Below are positions 32,727 to 43,552 of a stretch of DNA of 64,000 nucleotides, in pieces (the first letter of the stretch is position 1; each line of letters begins with the position of its first letter). This DNA comes from Meyerozyma guilliermondii (Eukaryota). Where the stretch lies: positions 1,364,001 to 1,428,000 of the forward strand of contig CP128816.1 in the NCBI GenBank assembly GCA_051546255.1. The letters run 5' to 3'. The notes beneath the pieces were generated by a model that saw only the letters and a list, made by a program, of their open reading frames with translations, did not search any database and had not been told where the DNA came from. Position numbers and translations under genes: made by a program.

Positions 32727-34769
32727 ATGAAGTCCCCTCAGCCGGGCCCAGTTTACCTGGAAGACAATATCCCCTACGATTACATCGTGATCATAGACTC
32801 AGGCTCCAGTGGGTCAAGGGTCTATGTCTACAACTGGCTCAACCCGCTTGCGGTGCTCAACAAGTCCGGCGACTTTACCGAGATGCCCAAGCCTAACGTA
32901 CGTCTTGTTCACAGAGAAGATGTAAAAAACACAGAAGAAGGCGAAAAGACAGAAGAAGCCTCTAATCCGGATTCACAGCTGGACAAATCGACTCGAAAAT
33001 TGCGGGTTCCCAAAGTCCAAACCCGCCATAAATGGAACAAAAAGATCAAACCCGGTCTCTCCACTTTCAGTTCCAGTCCCCAGAAGGTCGGGAAACACCA
33101 CTTGCGGTATCTTCTTCAACTAGCGAGCTATGTCGTTCCCAAATCGCAGCATCATCGAACACCCATTTTTCTACATTCCACGGCTGGAATGAGACTTTTG
33201 GACTTGAAGGATCAACGAGTCATCTTGGATACCATCTGCGACTACTTGACTCGAAACTCGGACTTTTATCTCCCAGAATGCCCAAATCACGTCAACGTTA
33301 TCGACGGAGATGTCGAAGGTCTTTACGGCTGGTTGGCTGTCAATTACCTCCAAGGTTCTATGGACCACCCGGAAGAACACCAGCACGGCAAGGGTCACAC
33401 AACCTATGGTCTTTTGGACATGGGGGGAGCATCGACCCAGGTTGTTTTCCAGCCAAATTCAACAGAAATTGAAGAACACAAAAATAATCTCTTCCGCATA
33501 AATCTCTACGAGTTGCCGACAAAAATGGACAATTCGTACCAAAAACCAGAGCCTTTAGAGTACAATGTATACTCGGATTCCTTTCTTGGTTTTGGAATGT
33601 ATCAGGCTCATACCAGATACCTCAAGAAGCTCACTGAGGCATTTGCCAAAGAACATAATGTTGAGCCCAAGTTTCTTTCCATGCCTGTTCCTGATCCCTG
33701 TGTTCCAAAGGGATATACTTACCCGGCTACTTTGAACGAAGGCTCTTTTGATCTCATTGGTTCGAGTGATTTCCAGGGCTGTCTTAAAGCGATCTTTTCT
33801 GTCATTTCTGACAAAGACTACACTCCAAAAGTGGGAAATGCAAACTGTGAACAACTTAGTGAGAGCAGCATGGTCAGCTCGTGTCTACTCAACGACCTTA
33901 TCCCAGCTTTTGACTTCGATGTAAACCACTTTGTTGGAGTTTCTGGTTACTGGGACGCAATCAACAGTTTATATTCCTACGAGAAAGAAAAGCGCCTGGG
34001 GCTCAAGTACGACTACAGGCGAATCTACAAGCAGACGTCTACGTTGTGCTCACTGACGTTTGCAGACTTGAAACTTAGAAGCAAAACGAAAGGAAAGGGC
34101 CAATTAGACGAAAGCGACTTGGCAAATCTCTGTTTCAAGTCGTCGTGGATTTTGAACTTTCTCCATCAAAGTCTTGGGTTTCCACGCTTTGGTATTGATT
34201 CGGAGCCCAAGAAGCCAGACAGGTTCCAGTCGTTGCAGTTGGTGGACAAGGTGGGTGGACTGCCTTTTTCGTGGACGCTAGGAAGAGCCATTTTGTATGC
34301 GAACGACGAGTACGTTCAAGCTTACAACAACTTTACACTTTCTCGACTTGGGACAGAAGAAACCTCTCTATTAAAACGACCTGGCTTTTACCACTCTGTA
34401 TCGCCAAATGCTTACAATTATGGAGGAGAACAAAAGGGCGTAATTCCTCGACTGCAGTTTCAGGAACCGGATCCCAATGCCAAGTACCATCATTATGACT
34501 ACGAGACGAGTCTCAACGCTGGCATTGGAGAACTGAAATGGCATGTCCAGCCACATAGGTGGTATGGTGCGCTTATCTTTATGAGCTTGGTTTTGTTCAT
34601 CATTTGGCTCATGATGGGTCGCAATGTAAGAAGTGATTTGAAGCAAAAAGTGTCTAAGAAATTGAAAAGTTTGGCATTTTGGAGAAAGATAGATGACGGG
34701 AATTACTCTCGTGTGAACCAAGAGGAGGTTGCTGGATTCGAACTTAGGGACTTGGAGGACGAGGTATGA
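32727..34769 (+). CDS. YND1: Golgi apyrase (GDA1/CD39 family) with C-terminal TM segment
   Basis: IDSGSSGSR, STAGMRLL, EGLYGW, DMGGASTQ, SWTLG apyrase regions. Confidence 0.9.
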   Translation: MKSPQPGPVYLEDNIPYDYIVIIDSGSSGSRVYVYNWLNPLAVLNKSGDFTEMPKPNVRLVHREDVKNTEEGEKTEEASNPDSQLDKSTRKLRVPKVQTRHKWNKKIKPGLSTFSSSPQKVGKHHLRYLLQLASYVVPKSQHHRTPIFLHSTAGMRLLDLKDQRVILDTICDYLTRNSDFYLPECPNHVNVIDGDVEGLYGWLAVNYLQGSMDHPEEHQHGKGHTTYGLLDMGGASTQVVFQPNSTEIEEHKNNLFRINLYELPTKMDNSYQKPEPLEYNVYSDSFLGFGMYQAHTRYLKKLTEAFAKEHNVEPKFLSMPVPDPCVPKGYTYPATLNEGSFDLIGSSDFQGCLKAIFSVISDKDYTPKVGNANCEQLSESSMVSSCLLNDLIPAFDFDVNHFVGVSGYWDAINSLYSYEKEKRLGLKYDYRRIYKQTSTLCSLTFADLKLRSKTKGKGQLDESDLANLCFKSSWILNFLHQSLGFPRFGIDSEPKKPDRFQSLQLVDKVGGLPFSWTLGRAILYANDEYVQAYNNFTLSRLGTEETSLLKRPGFYHSVSPNAYNYGGEQKGVIPRLQFQEPDPNAKYHHYDYETSLNAGIGELKWHVQPHRWYGALIFMSLVLFIIWLMMGRNVRSDLKQKVSKKLKSLAFWRKIDDGNYSRVNQEEVAGFELRDLEDEV

Positions 34770-35140
34770 TTATAGAATATTGCAAAAGTGGCTAATAAAA
34801 TAAAAAAGCAAAAAACAAGAAACAAGAAAAAAGAAAAGGATAGAAGGATAAAAGGATGAAAGAGCATTATCTTAAAAAAAACAACTCTCGTTTCTCTCCC
34901 AGTTCAGCTGTCTTGACCATCTCCATCATGTATGTTGCAACCATATTTAGCGACATTTTTATCTGCAGTCCGTTTCTCAAAAGTGGTGCCGATAAGAATG
35001 ATCTGTAATCAGACTTCCGATCATTCTCCATAAATTTCTACACATTTTCAAGTTTGCAAGCGCTCAATTATTAGTTACACGTTATAAAGAGTCAAACTGA
35101 TACATTAGACTCATAAACGTTTCTGTCAAACCATCAAAAT

Positions 35141-36610
35141 ATGAGTGAGGCCACCCTTAACTTCCATATTCAAGCTCGTCTGGAGCAGTTCCGAGTGCCC
35201 ACGGAGCTTATTCGAGCCAATTTCAAGTCGATCCAGAGACTCATAGAGAAACAGAAGAAGTCCATGAGTGACGATATTGGAAAAATCAAGAAGAATCCGA
35301 AACTTCCGCCGGCTATAAAATTAGAAATGGTCCGCAAACTTATCAAGGGTTTTGAGCTATTTGAAAAGAGATTGCAGGCATTTATCAACAAAGACGAGGA
35401 TTACCAGTCACGTATTGAAGCGCGGTTTGATAATCTCAACGAAATAAAGGATTTTACGGTGTTCAAACCGGTTCAATCAGACCCAGAAAATAAGGATCAG
35501 AATGCGGAAATTTCTTCCAACGACATGTTTCTTGATCTCCACAACAACAACCTCTTGAACTGGTACCGTGACCAAACCAACCTTCTACTCGTGGACTATC
35601 TCACAAAGACAAACACAAGAAGTGACGGCAACATAGGCATTATGCTCCTCCAAAGTCTCGCAGCTCAAAATCCCCGACTTTTGAAGTTGGTCGATTACGA
35701 CTTGTTTGACAACTTCAACAAGGTGTACTCGCTGATTGTACGCAACCATGATCTTGCGCCGATCGTAGGGTGGTTCAACGAGAATAGAAATGCATTGAAG
35801 AAGATTAACTCGAATCTTGAGTTCGAGATCAACTACTGCAAGTTTCTCTCTCTCATAGAGAACGAGGAAATCAACGAGGCAATCAAGTTTTCCCAGGAAA
35901 ATTTGTCGTTGTATGGAAATGAAGAAAAGTACCAAGTCATTGACCAAGTCAACCGAAAGAGCAATCTCACTAAACTCAAGGAAATTGGAGGTCTATTGAT
36001 CTATGTTGCTATCAATGGCACCACATCCGGCTCGTTTCTGCTTCCTGGAGCCCTGTTTTTTTCCAGCAGCTTGATGACGAACACTCCTCGTTACAGTGAG
36101 TACCGTAAGTTACTCTCTGCTGAGCGATGGGAGAATTTAGGACGGTGTTTCATTGAGAATTTCACCCAGCTATACGGAATATCTCAAAACTTTCCGTTAT
36201 TTGTCTACTTGCTGGCGGGTATGGCAAGTTTAAAGACAAAATCGTGCTATTGCAATCTTAGCAACTCGATCTTTTATGATGTACCAAAGGAGACTGATAG
36301 CAGAACTTTCGATCCAGAGTCTCTTCAGTATCGTGGACCAAACCACTATTATGACTTGCTAGGCAAGATCAATCATTGCCCCGTGTGCTCTCCCGAACTT
36401 TTCCAGCTCGCAAGAAATCTTCCCTATGCCGAGTTGATCACCAACATCTTCAACAATCCGTTCATGTTGCCGAATGGTAATATTTATCCTTTTGAAAAGT
36501 TGGCTAGTGGGCTCCGCTACGGCGACAGTCTGTCAGTAGGTCTCATAGTGGACCCGTTGACGAACCAGGAGTTTCAAGTGGACCAGTGCCACAGGGTGTA
36601 TCCTGCTTAG
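35141..36610 (+). CDS. FYV10: GID/CTLH E3 ligase subunit Fyv10
   Basis: N-terminal coiled coil, SNLEFEI CTLH, LKTKSC, CPVCS, LPNGNIY. Confidence 0.88.
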   Translation: MSEATLNFHIQARLEQFRVPTELIRANFKSIQRLIEKQKKSMSDDIGKIKKNPKLPPAIKLEMVRKLIKGFELFEKRLQAFINKDEDYQSRIEARFDNLNEIKDFTVFKPVQSDPENKDQNAEISSNDMFLDLHNNNLLNWYRDQTNLLLVDYLTKTNTRSDGNIGIMLLQSLAAQNPRLLKLVDYDLFDNFNKVYSLIVRNHDLAPIVGWFNENRNALKKINSNLEFEINYCKFLSLIENEEINEAIKFSQENLSLYGNEEKYQVIDQVNRKSNLTKLKEIGGLLIYVAINGTTSGSFLLPGALFFSSSLMTNTPRYSEYRKLLSAERWENLGRCFIENFTQLYGISQNFPLFVYLLAGMASLKTKSCYCNLSNSIFYDVPKETDSRTFDPESLQYRGPNHYYDLLGKINHCPVCSPELFQLARNLPYAELITNIFNNPFMLPNGNIYPFEKLASGLRYGDSLSVGLIVDPLTNQEFQVDQCHRVYPA

Positions 36611-36757
36611 TTAGATCACGTTGGATTATGGTTTTGGATAATGGCTATTGGATTATAGCGTATATACTGATTATTCTCTGAATACGAGTAAATATTAAGT
36701 TTGCTTAGATATGCGTACATTTTATTACCTCCCTTTTTTAGTTTACTCCCTTTTTTA

Positions 36758-37657
36758 TTACTGCGTTTTGTCGAGCGGTTCCTCGAGTCTTCTCTCAAAG
36801 ACGTAGATTCTAGCATCTCTGACACTGGCTTCCTTGGTGGTGTCCTTCATGCTATTTGTGCGACGATGATGGTATTCTGGAAAAAGATCCCAATCAAAAC
36901 GACCCGACCTTTGGACCTTCCAGTCTTCGCTTCTTGCAATAGCCTTTATACCCCAAGAAACGTAAGGTTCACCTTCAAAAGTTGACAAAATTATTCGTTC
37001 ATCATTAGCCTTCGAATAGCCAGAAAATGCAGCGTCAAGTGACCGTTCATTGACGATAGGAAACAATTCGTTACAATTTTGAAAGTATTGCAAGACTAGC
37101 TTCTGGTGGTCTCGTACGTTTCGATCCATATCTTTTATACCCTTGCCTGTGTGAGGAAAGTTGAATAGAATTACATCCAACTTCTGGCTAGCAGAGAAGA
37201 GCGTCAGCTTATTTTTCTTTGAGCTCAAGCCCAAAGTTTGTGGTAGCTTTGTAGCATCGATTTCAAACAAGACTTTCACTCCACGGCTTTCAAGGTACTC
37301 CAAATTGTTGGCTGCGGTGGTATATTTTTCAGTTGCAATCTCGCGGCGATCGTAGCTTGTGGCCACTAAATTAGTTGGAAGAACATGATTATTTTTGACA
37401 ACCGAAACGGCGAAAGAAAAATCTCCTTCGCCTACTAAAAGGACTGTGTTTTCGGTATTAAAAGGTACAAAGCCTTTCTGATTTGACTGGGCTTTTCCAC
37501 CACCACTTATAGACTTTTTTTTCTGAGCTTCAAATTTTTTCTGAGACGCCAATTGATGTTCCCGCTTCTTCTTGAGCTTCTCGGCTTCTTCGAATCGTCG
37601 CAATGAGGCCTTGAGCCCCTTGGACGCCTTTCCTTTCTTGGCCATCGAGAAGGCCAT
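36758..37657 (-). CDS. BMT5: 25S rRNA uridine N3-methyltransferase (DUF2431)
   Basis: LLVGEGDFSF, FNFPHTG, GEPYVSW; convergent with FYV10 as in S. cerevisiae; start may be 37645. Confidence 0.9.
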   Translation of the reverse strand: MAFSMAKKGKASKGLKASLRRFEEAEKLKKKREHQLASQKKFEAQKKKSISGGGKAQSNQKGFVPFNTENTVLLVGEGDFSFAVSVVKNNHVLPTNLVATSYDRREIATEKYTTAANNLEYLESRGVKVLFEIDATKLPQTLGLSSKKNKLTLFSASQKLDVILFNFPHTGKGIKDMDRNVRDHQKLVLQYFQNCNELFPIVNERSLDAAFSGYSKANDERIILSTFEGEPYVSWGIKAIARSEDWKVQRSGRFDWDLFPEYHHRRTNSMKDTTKEASVRDARIYVFERRLEEPLDKTQ

Positions 37658-37722
37658 CTCGTGAAATTTTATCGAAAAACCGGGGTACGGCTATCTGCAG
37701 GAGCAAACCAAACTCGAAAATT

Positions 37723-39771
37723 TCACATATGGAACGCTCTTTCTTCCCCATTGGTGTATTCCAAGTCTTCGGTGGCTGCTGTGCTGGGCGCATTAACTAC
37801 ACCACTTTCCATCGAGACATCGTCCTCGACAAGGGAATCCGACTTGTCGTTTTCGTACAAATCGTCGTCTTCGTCTTCGGCGCGGAAACTAGGTCCGGAT
37901 GGCTGCAAATTGCGGCTGTTATTCGAGTCTGAAACCTCCCTTTCCATCTCGAGATCCGACTCTGTGAGTTCCTGGAGCGACTCCGTTTCATTATCGTTGT
38001 ACTCGAAGAAAAGCATGAATGTTCCTTGAGAGTTCAAAGCTTCGTGCTCAGTCACAGCGTACACCGATTCGTCGCTGATTCTCCACCACGTACCTCTGTG
38101 TTTTCTGTAGCAGATGTAGTGGCCGTAGTTATGGGTTCCGTAATGTGCAATGACGGCTTTGAGCTGGTACTGAAGCTCGGGATTCTTGGGGATGTGTGTG
38201 TTTCCATTGGCCTGGCCGTCTTCGTCTTCGTCTCCTTTTGGCTCTTCAAGCGGAGCATCTCCACGCCTGAACGGCATTCTGGCATCAAGATCAACATCTT
38301 GAGGCTCCACCACATACGGCGACAAATCTAACACTGCCGGAAATTCAACATTGCTGGAATTTTTCACCACCATATAGGTTCTGGGATCGAAAACCGACCG
38401 GTTGATATGGAGCGAAAGAAGTGCTGGGGGACGACTCATGTATATCTGCTTGGATTTTTTGGTTTTGCGGATCATCTGCTTGATGCTCAACTTCTCAAAT
38501 ACTTCGTCGGTGATATGGGGCTGTTTGAGTTCTGCTTCAATTTCAGCAAGACGGGATTTAAACAGCTGAGCAACTTTTTCGTTGGTACCTTCGGTGATTT
38601 TCTCTTGTAAAAACTGTTTTGTCTGCTCCAATCCGCATCGATTACAGTTGACATCTTCTATGATCTCAGGATTAATCCACTCGTCCAATAATTCTTGCAA
38701 CGAAACGCTCGAGTAGTACGATTCTTTGCGAGGCAAGTTCAAACTAATACCACTCATTACCGAGTACCTGATACCTCCAACCTCTCCACACACCAAACAC
38801 CCAATACGCTCAGCAGATACTCCATCGACTGGAGTAATCAAGTTCATTTTGAATGCTTTGTGTTCTGCATCTTCGATATTTGGATCCACATGAGTCGCCG
38901 GAACGTATACTGGAAGAGTCTTTCCTAGTTGGTCGCAGCCAGTCACATAGTTGGCCACCGAGGAGATGTCTATGAATTTGGATCCCTTCTCGTCAATTTG
39001 CTTGGGAATATTACTGGCTTTTTTGTATTCAGATTCCACCAAATTCATCACCAACTGATAAAATTCCTGAGCATCTTCCTGGTTGTATCCTGTGAAAAAG
39101 TTCTGTTTGGGACCATTAGGCATCTTGTTGAGAAGCGGCTTGGCGCTGAATTCCTTACCTCGAGTACCATAGCAGCCATTTACGTTTTCTATGAGTTTGC
39201 GAAGAGCCGCTGTGAACACCAAATCCGAACGAGGAACCACCGATTTGACCGGTTGCAGGTTTTCAACCTCGATGTCTGGGTACAAGTAGGAGTCGATGAA
39301 CCGGAGTAGTTCCTTGGAAGAAGCCAAAGACTGTATTACCGAGTTCATAAAACAGGTGTTTCCATCATTGGATATTCCGCCGATTTCACCGCCATTTTTG
39401 AGAGCAAACCGGGTTTCTTTTGTGGTTCTTCCTGAAGCGCCCGAAAGATTGGACCGGGTCATAAAGCCGTAAGAGGTCATGGACGCCAACAAGTCTGATA
39501 TTGGTGGCGGAACAAGGTATGGCAATAAGTATTTGTATCTTTTGCCGACGAGAAAAGTAGCAAAAATGACAGCTGCGGTGACAGAAAGCTTCTTGGAGTT
39601 GTGGAAGGCCTTTTCAATGAACGTGGTAGCACTAACGCTGTTGGCAGATGCCCAAATAAACGATTTATAAGGCAACAAAACTTGATAGATGAGGTAGAAA
39701 AGTGGAGAGATCGCAATCAATACTAATAGAAACACCGGAAATAGGATGAACGGGACCCTTGTATCAAACAT
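37723..39771 (-). CDS. UBP1: Ubiquitin-specific protease with N-terminal TM segments (Ubp1-like)
   Basis: Cys box NDGNTCFMNSVIQ, QEDAQE, His box HYGTHNYGHY, WWRISDE. Confidence 0.85.
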   Translation of the reverse strand: MFDTRVPFILFPVFLLVLIAISPLFYLIYQVLLPYKSFIWASANSVSATTFIEKAFHNSKKLSVTAAVIFATFLVGKRYKYLLPYLVPPPISDLLASMTSYGFMTRSNLSGASGRTTKETRFALKNGGEIGGISNDGNTCFMNSVIQSLASSKELLRFIDSYLYPDIEVENLQPVKSVVPRSDLVFTAALRKLIENVNGCYGTRGKEFSAKPLLNKMPNGPKQNFFTGYNQEDAQEFYQLVMNLVESEYKKASNIPKQIDEKGSKFIDISSVANYVTGCDQLGKTLPVYVPATHVDPNIEDAEHKAFKMNLITPVDGVSAERIGCLVCGEVGGIRYSVMSGISLNLPRKESYYSSVSLQELLDEWINPEIIEDVNCNRCGLEQTKQFLQEKITEGTNEKVAQLFKSRLAEIEAELKQPHITDEVFEKLSIKQMIRKTKKSKQIYMSRPPALLSLHINRSVFDPRTYMVVKNSSNVEFPAVLDLSPYVVEPQDVDLDARMPFRRGDAPLEEPKGDEDEDGQANGNTHIPKNPELQYQLKAVIAHYGTHNYGHYICYRKHRGTWWRISDESVYAVTEHEALNSQGTFMLFFEYNDNETESLQELTESDLEMEREVSDSNNSRNLQPSGPSFRAEDEDDDLYENDKSDSLVEDDVSMESGVVNAPSTAATEDLEYTNGEERAFHM

Positions 39772-39937
39772 ATGTTTCAAAAAAACCTAACAGTTCAAGA
39801 TCACTGGGGACCACGAACGCTGTATTTCTATGTCAAGTTTGTTCTGGCAAAAATTCACCGAGATCACGAAAACGAATTCATCGGCGCATGTGCAGGACGC
39901 CATGAACCGTTTTTGAATGCATAGGTATTACGTCTAT

Positions 39938-41131
39938 TTATATGGTTCCGGCCCCGTATCTGAAGCCTTGGTAAGGTGCAATTGGTCGGTCTCGTCCCCA
40001 TCCGCATTTGAGTGGGCGGCCATTAACGGAATAGCCCGCTAGTTGGACAATTGCCAAAGCGGCCCGTTCGTGGGAATCGTATTTGACGAAAGCACAGCCT
40101 TTGCTGGGGTGAAATTTGAAGTCGACGATAAAACCAAAGTTCTGGAGGAGGGGTATGAGGTCCGACAGGTGGGTGAAGTGGGCTATATTACCCAAATAAA
40201 CCGTGGTTTGCCAATTTGGAGCCTGGCGCAAAACCACTTCAAATGACTTGGGCGCTTGTGGCTGAGGGTTGCGCCCGCCATTGTTGGTGTCTATAGGGTA
40301 GCCTTGGGCGGTGTAGGGCAGTGGGGGAGTTGTGGCGCCGGCCGATGCTGATCTTTTGGGAGGTGGTCGGGTATTTTTCTTTTGGTACATGTGTCGATGA
40401 GATGCCCAATTACAGCGGATGGCTCTGCCACCTATAAACAGGCCCGGCATCGTTACCAATGCGTTTTCTGCCTCGGCAGGGTCTGCAAAACTGACAAATC
40501 CGTATCCTCGAGATCGCGAAGTTTGCATGTCCCACATCACATGGGCCTGTTTTCGGCTCGGGAATTGGTCGAATGCCTTGCCTAGCGTCTCGTCATCAAC
40601 CTCCGCCGACAAGTCGCCCACAAAAATGGTATAGAGAGGCAGTTCTGGGCTTGAGGATGTACTGATGGTTGACAGTTGGTACGCCCAGTTTATTTTAATG
40701 GAACTTCCGCCAACTTCGGAACCATTGAATGCTGTAAGAACACTCTCGGCGTCTTCCCGGGTGTCGAATTCCACAAATGCATAGTTAAAACCGGGTTTGT
40801 TCTTGTCATGGAGAAGTTTGACCGACTTGGTCTTGTCAAAGAGCTCATGAAGATACTGCTCGTTAACAGTTTTTGGGATGTTTCCCACATACAAAACGGT
40901 GTTGGAAATCTCCCTGCCGCCGTTCACGGCACTGGCAACCGCAACTTCACCTCCATTATGGGCAATTGTCATGTTTCCAAGTTTTTCGACAATTTCATCG
41001 CCCCCATTTGCACTCTGATCCGCCGTTGATGCTGTGGTCAAAGGCAGCATTTTAGTATCGCTGGGCAGTGTAGTCGCTTCTCCGCTGGACCTGGAGTCAC
41101 TTCCGGCTCCAATTGAACCCTCCTGAGACAT
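39938..41131 (-). CDS. PUB1: Three-RRM poly(U)-binding protein (Pub1/TIA-1 family)
   Basis: GGREISNTVLYVGN, IFVGDL...SRSRGYGFVSF...IRCNWA, TTVYLGN...LKCGWG. Confidence 0.8.
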   Translation of the reverse strand: MSQEGSIGAGSDSRSSGEATTLPSDTKMLPLTTASTADQSANGGDEIVEKLGNMTIAHNGGEVAVASAVNGGREISNTVLYVGNIPKTVNEQYLHELFDKTKSVKLLHDKNKPGFNYAFVEFDTREDAESVLTAFNGSEVGGSSIKINWAYQLSTISTSSSPELPLYTIFVGDLSAEVDDETLGKAFDQFPSRKQAHVMWDMQTSRSRGYGFVSFADPAEAENALVTMPGLFIGGRAIRCNWASHRHMYQKKNTRPPPKRSASAGATTPPLPYTAQGYPIDTNNGGRNPQPQAPKSFEVVLRQAPNWQTTVYLGNIAHFTHLSDLIPLLQNFGFIVDFKFHPSKGCAFVKYDSHERAALAIVQLAGYSVNGRPLKCGWGRDRPIAPYQGFRYGAGTI

Positions 41132-41411
41132 TTATGATGAATTCAAGACGGAGACCTTTGTAGTTTTTGCTGTCAAAATCGGTATAGCAGGAGTCTTTGA
41201 CCACTGAAATTCGAGCACACGATTCCTCCAGGCGTCCGCACTAACAAAATGCCTCAATCTTCCTCAATCGTCACTGTTGATCCGTAGTGATACTCCACCA
41301 CACACGCTGATCTCACGAGTTCGCAGTTCGACGATACCCACCACGTCGTGCGCGTACCGGAAACTTTCGTGGGGTCTGGTGTACTGGAAGTCATCGCGAT
41401 GGGTTTCCACC

Positions 41412-42656
41412 ATGTTGGCGGTGATTGTCGATGACCAGCGTGACATCAGCACGGTGAAGCAGCGGCTAGGGACCATCGTCAGCAAACGCAGAAAGGTCGA
41501 GAACCACAACGGAGAATTTTGGATTTATTGCAAAACCGATAATACCCTCGATATTACCCTCGGATCTTTAACGACCGGGTGTCGAGGTAGTGTGAGATTT
41601 GGAACTTATGAAGAAGACGAGTTTGCCCATTTGCAGCCATTGCAGCGGCTTTTAAAGAAATTTTTGCGCTCCAGAGGTTCAATTGTGTCTGCAGAACCAC
41701 AACTAATAGAAACCTGTCCCAAAACATGGACTTTATACAAGCCAATGGTTCTCTTTGGAGCCAACAGTTTTGGGTGCAAATTATGGAATGAATTTTTGTC
41801 GGAATATGGACCGGATTTCTTCAAGTATATCTTGCAAGATGAGCTTTTTGCAAAATATACCCATATAGCCATCAACAAACCAATTCAAAACGATGACGTC
41901 ATGCGGCGGCCGTTTTCTATCACACCTGTTTTTGGCGATTTTGGACCGGAACCCAATGACAAAATTTTCAACGAGCCTACAAAAAAGGATTTCGACCAAG
42001 CGTTCTGGTGCTCTGCTGTCCAGAATGGAATCTACCAGGAATGGGCACCTCGGTTTACCATGTTTTCTCGAGGCAATATTAAGGAAAAAAAACGAGTGTT
42101 GCAATTTGGCTGCGAAAAAGACGATTTTGTCATTGATATGTATGCTGGAATTGGGTACTTTGCTTTGTCTTATTTGCACAATGGGGCAACTGTGTTTTGC
42201 TGGGAACTCAATCCGTGGTCCATTGAGGGTCTCAAGAGGGGTTTGAGTGCTAATGGTCACAACCTAAGAATTTTTCAGTCTCAAGATGAATTTACTTTGG
42301 ATCGTTTTAACCAGCTCAGAAAAGAAGGAGTCACTGCATTTGTATTTGCTGAGAGCAATATACACGCCGTGGACCGACTAAGCGTTTTGAACAATCCGAA
42401 AATTCGCCATATCAATCTTGGCTTGCTTCCCTCATCGCGAGATTCGTGGAGCGCAGCGAAAAATTTGGCTGCGAAATCTTCAATTTCTACAACTATCCAT
42501 GTCCACGAAAACGTACATATAGGGGAGATTGACACATTTGCCAAACAGATGGGGGTCCAGTTTGGCACTGTGGAACATGTGGAAAAGGTGAAGACATTTG
42601 CCCCGGATATTTGGCACATAGTTGTGGATGTAAAAGCGAAGAAAAATGAGAATTGA
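41412..42656 (+). CDS. TRM12: tRNA wybutosine biosynthesis protein Tyw2/Trm12
   Basis: TMFSRGNIKEKKR, DMYAGIGYF, WELNPWSIEGL, HINLGLLPSS, HVHEN. Confidence 0.93.
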   Translation: MLAVIVDDQRDISTVKQRLGTIVSKRRKVENHNGEFWIYCKTDNTLDITLGSLTTGCRGSVRFGTYEEDEFAHLQPLQRLLKKFLRSRGSIVSAEPQLIETCPKTWTLYKPMVLFGANSFGCKLWNEFLSEYGPDFFKYILQDELFAKYTHIAINKPIQNDDVMRRPFSITPVFGDFGPEPNDKIFNEPTKKDFDQAFWCSAVQNGIYQEWAPRFTMFSRGNIKEKKRVLQFGCEKDDFVIDMYAGIGYFALSYLHNGATVFCWELNPWSIEGLKRGLSANGHNLRIFQSQDEFTLDRFNQLRKEGVTAFVFAESNIHAVDRLSVLNNPKIRHINLGLLPSSRDSWSAAKNLAAKSSISTTIHVHENVHIGEIDTFAKQMGVQFGTVEHVEKVKTFAPDIWHIVVDVKAKKNEN

Positions 42657-43552
42657 GAAAAAAGACGGAAAGAGAAAATTAAGAGAAGAGACAGAAGAAG
42701 TGTAGACACAAGTGAATAATAGATGTGAAGAGGCAGACTTGGAGAAATGAAAAATCTCAAAAAAGAAGACTGAAATATGTCTACCACCAAAAAAAAATAA
42801 GAAAAGATGAAAGAGGAAAGAATAGACGGGATTGAGGACGGAAGTACCAAACCGATTTCATAAATTACAGAATCAACTTGAACCAATTCTCAAATACTTG
42901 AAATCAGTTATTTGGTAATTGTATGCCAAGTTAATTTGCAAGGCATCTCCTCACGTCAAAGTTGCGTCAAGCACGTCAATCTTGCATCAGTTTCACTGCA
43001 TCCATCAATGACCAGGCTCAGCCCGTATTTTTGCGTATCGGAAGCAGGTCCGCACCCGATCGAGCATCCGGCCCACAGTAAATCCCATCATGCATATACA
43101 CCCAAACACCAAGGCAAATCCATCACAACTCTAAATCTCCCCTTTTCTGCTCGTTTTGCCCTCCCCCGACCCTAATACCCGCCATCCTCCCACCATAAAC
43201 CCCGCTCGTAACTCGGTCTGCTTTCTCATCCGCCGAATTTTTTTCAGCCGTTCCTGCAGACAAGCACGTCAGCGTGACTGCGCCGCCTTTAAACCAAACT
43301 ATTTCAGAAACAAGTAATTAGCATTCGCGTGGCTTTCACGTTTTATTTGATATAAAGATCCCAGAGTTGGCACATACGTTCTTCTCAGCACGCACAACAA
43401 CTGAGCAGCTTTTGGAGCCGGAAATAACCGGGAAAGATTTCCGTTTGGAATAATAATAATTCAGTCCACACGGCTTTGCACCAAAAAAGCCGGTAAATAC
43501 GTCCGTGACTAGCGATCAAATTTCAAAGCCCGGCCGTCCGTGACTAGCAACA

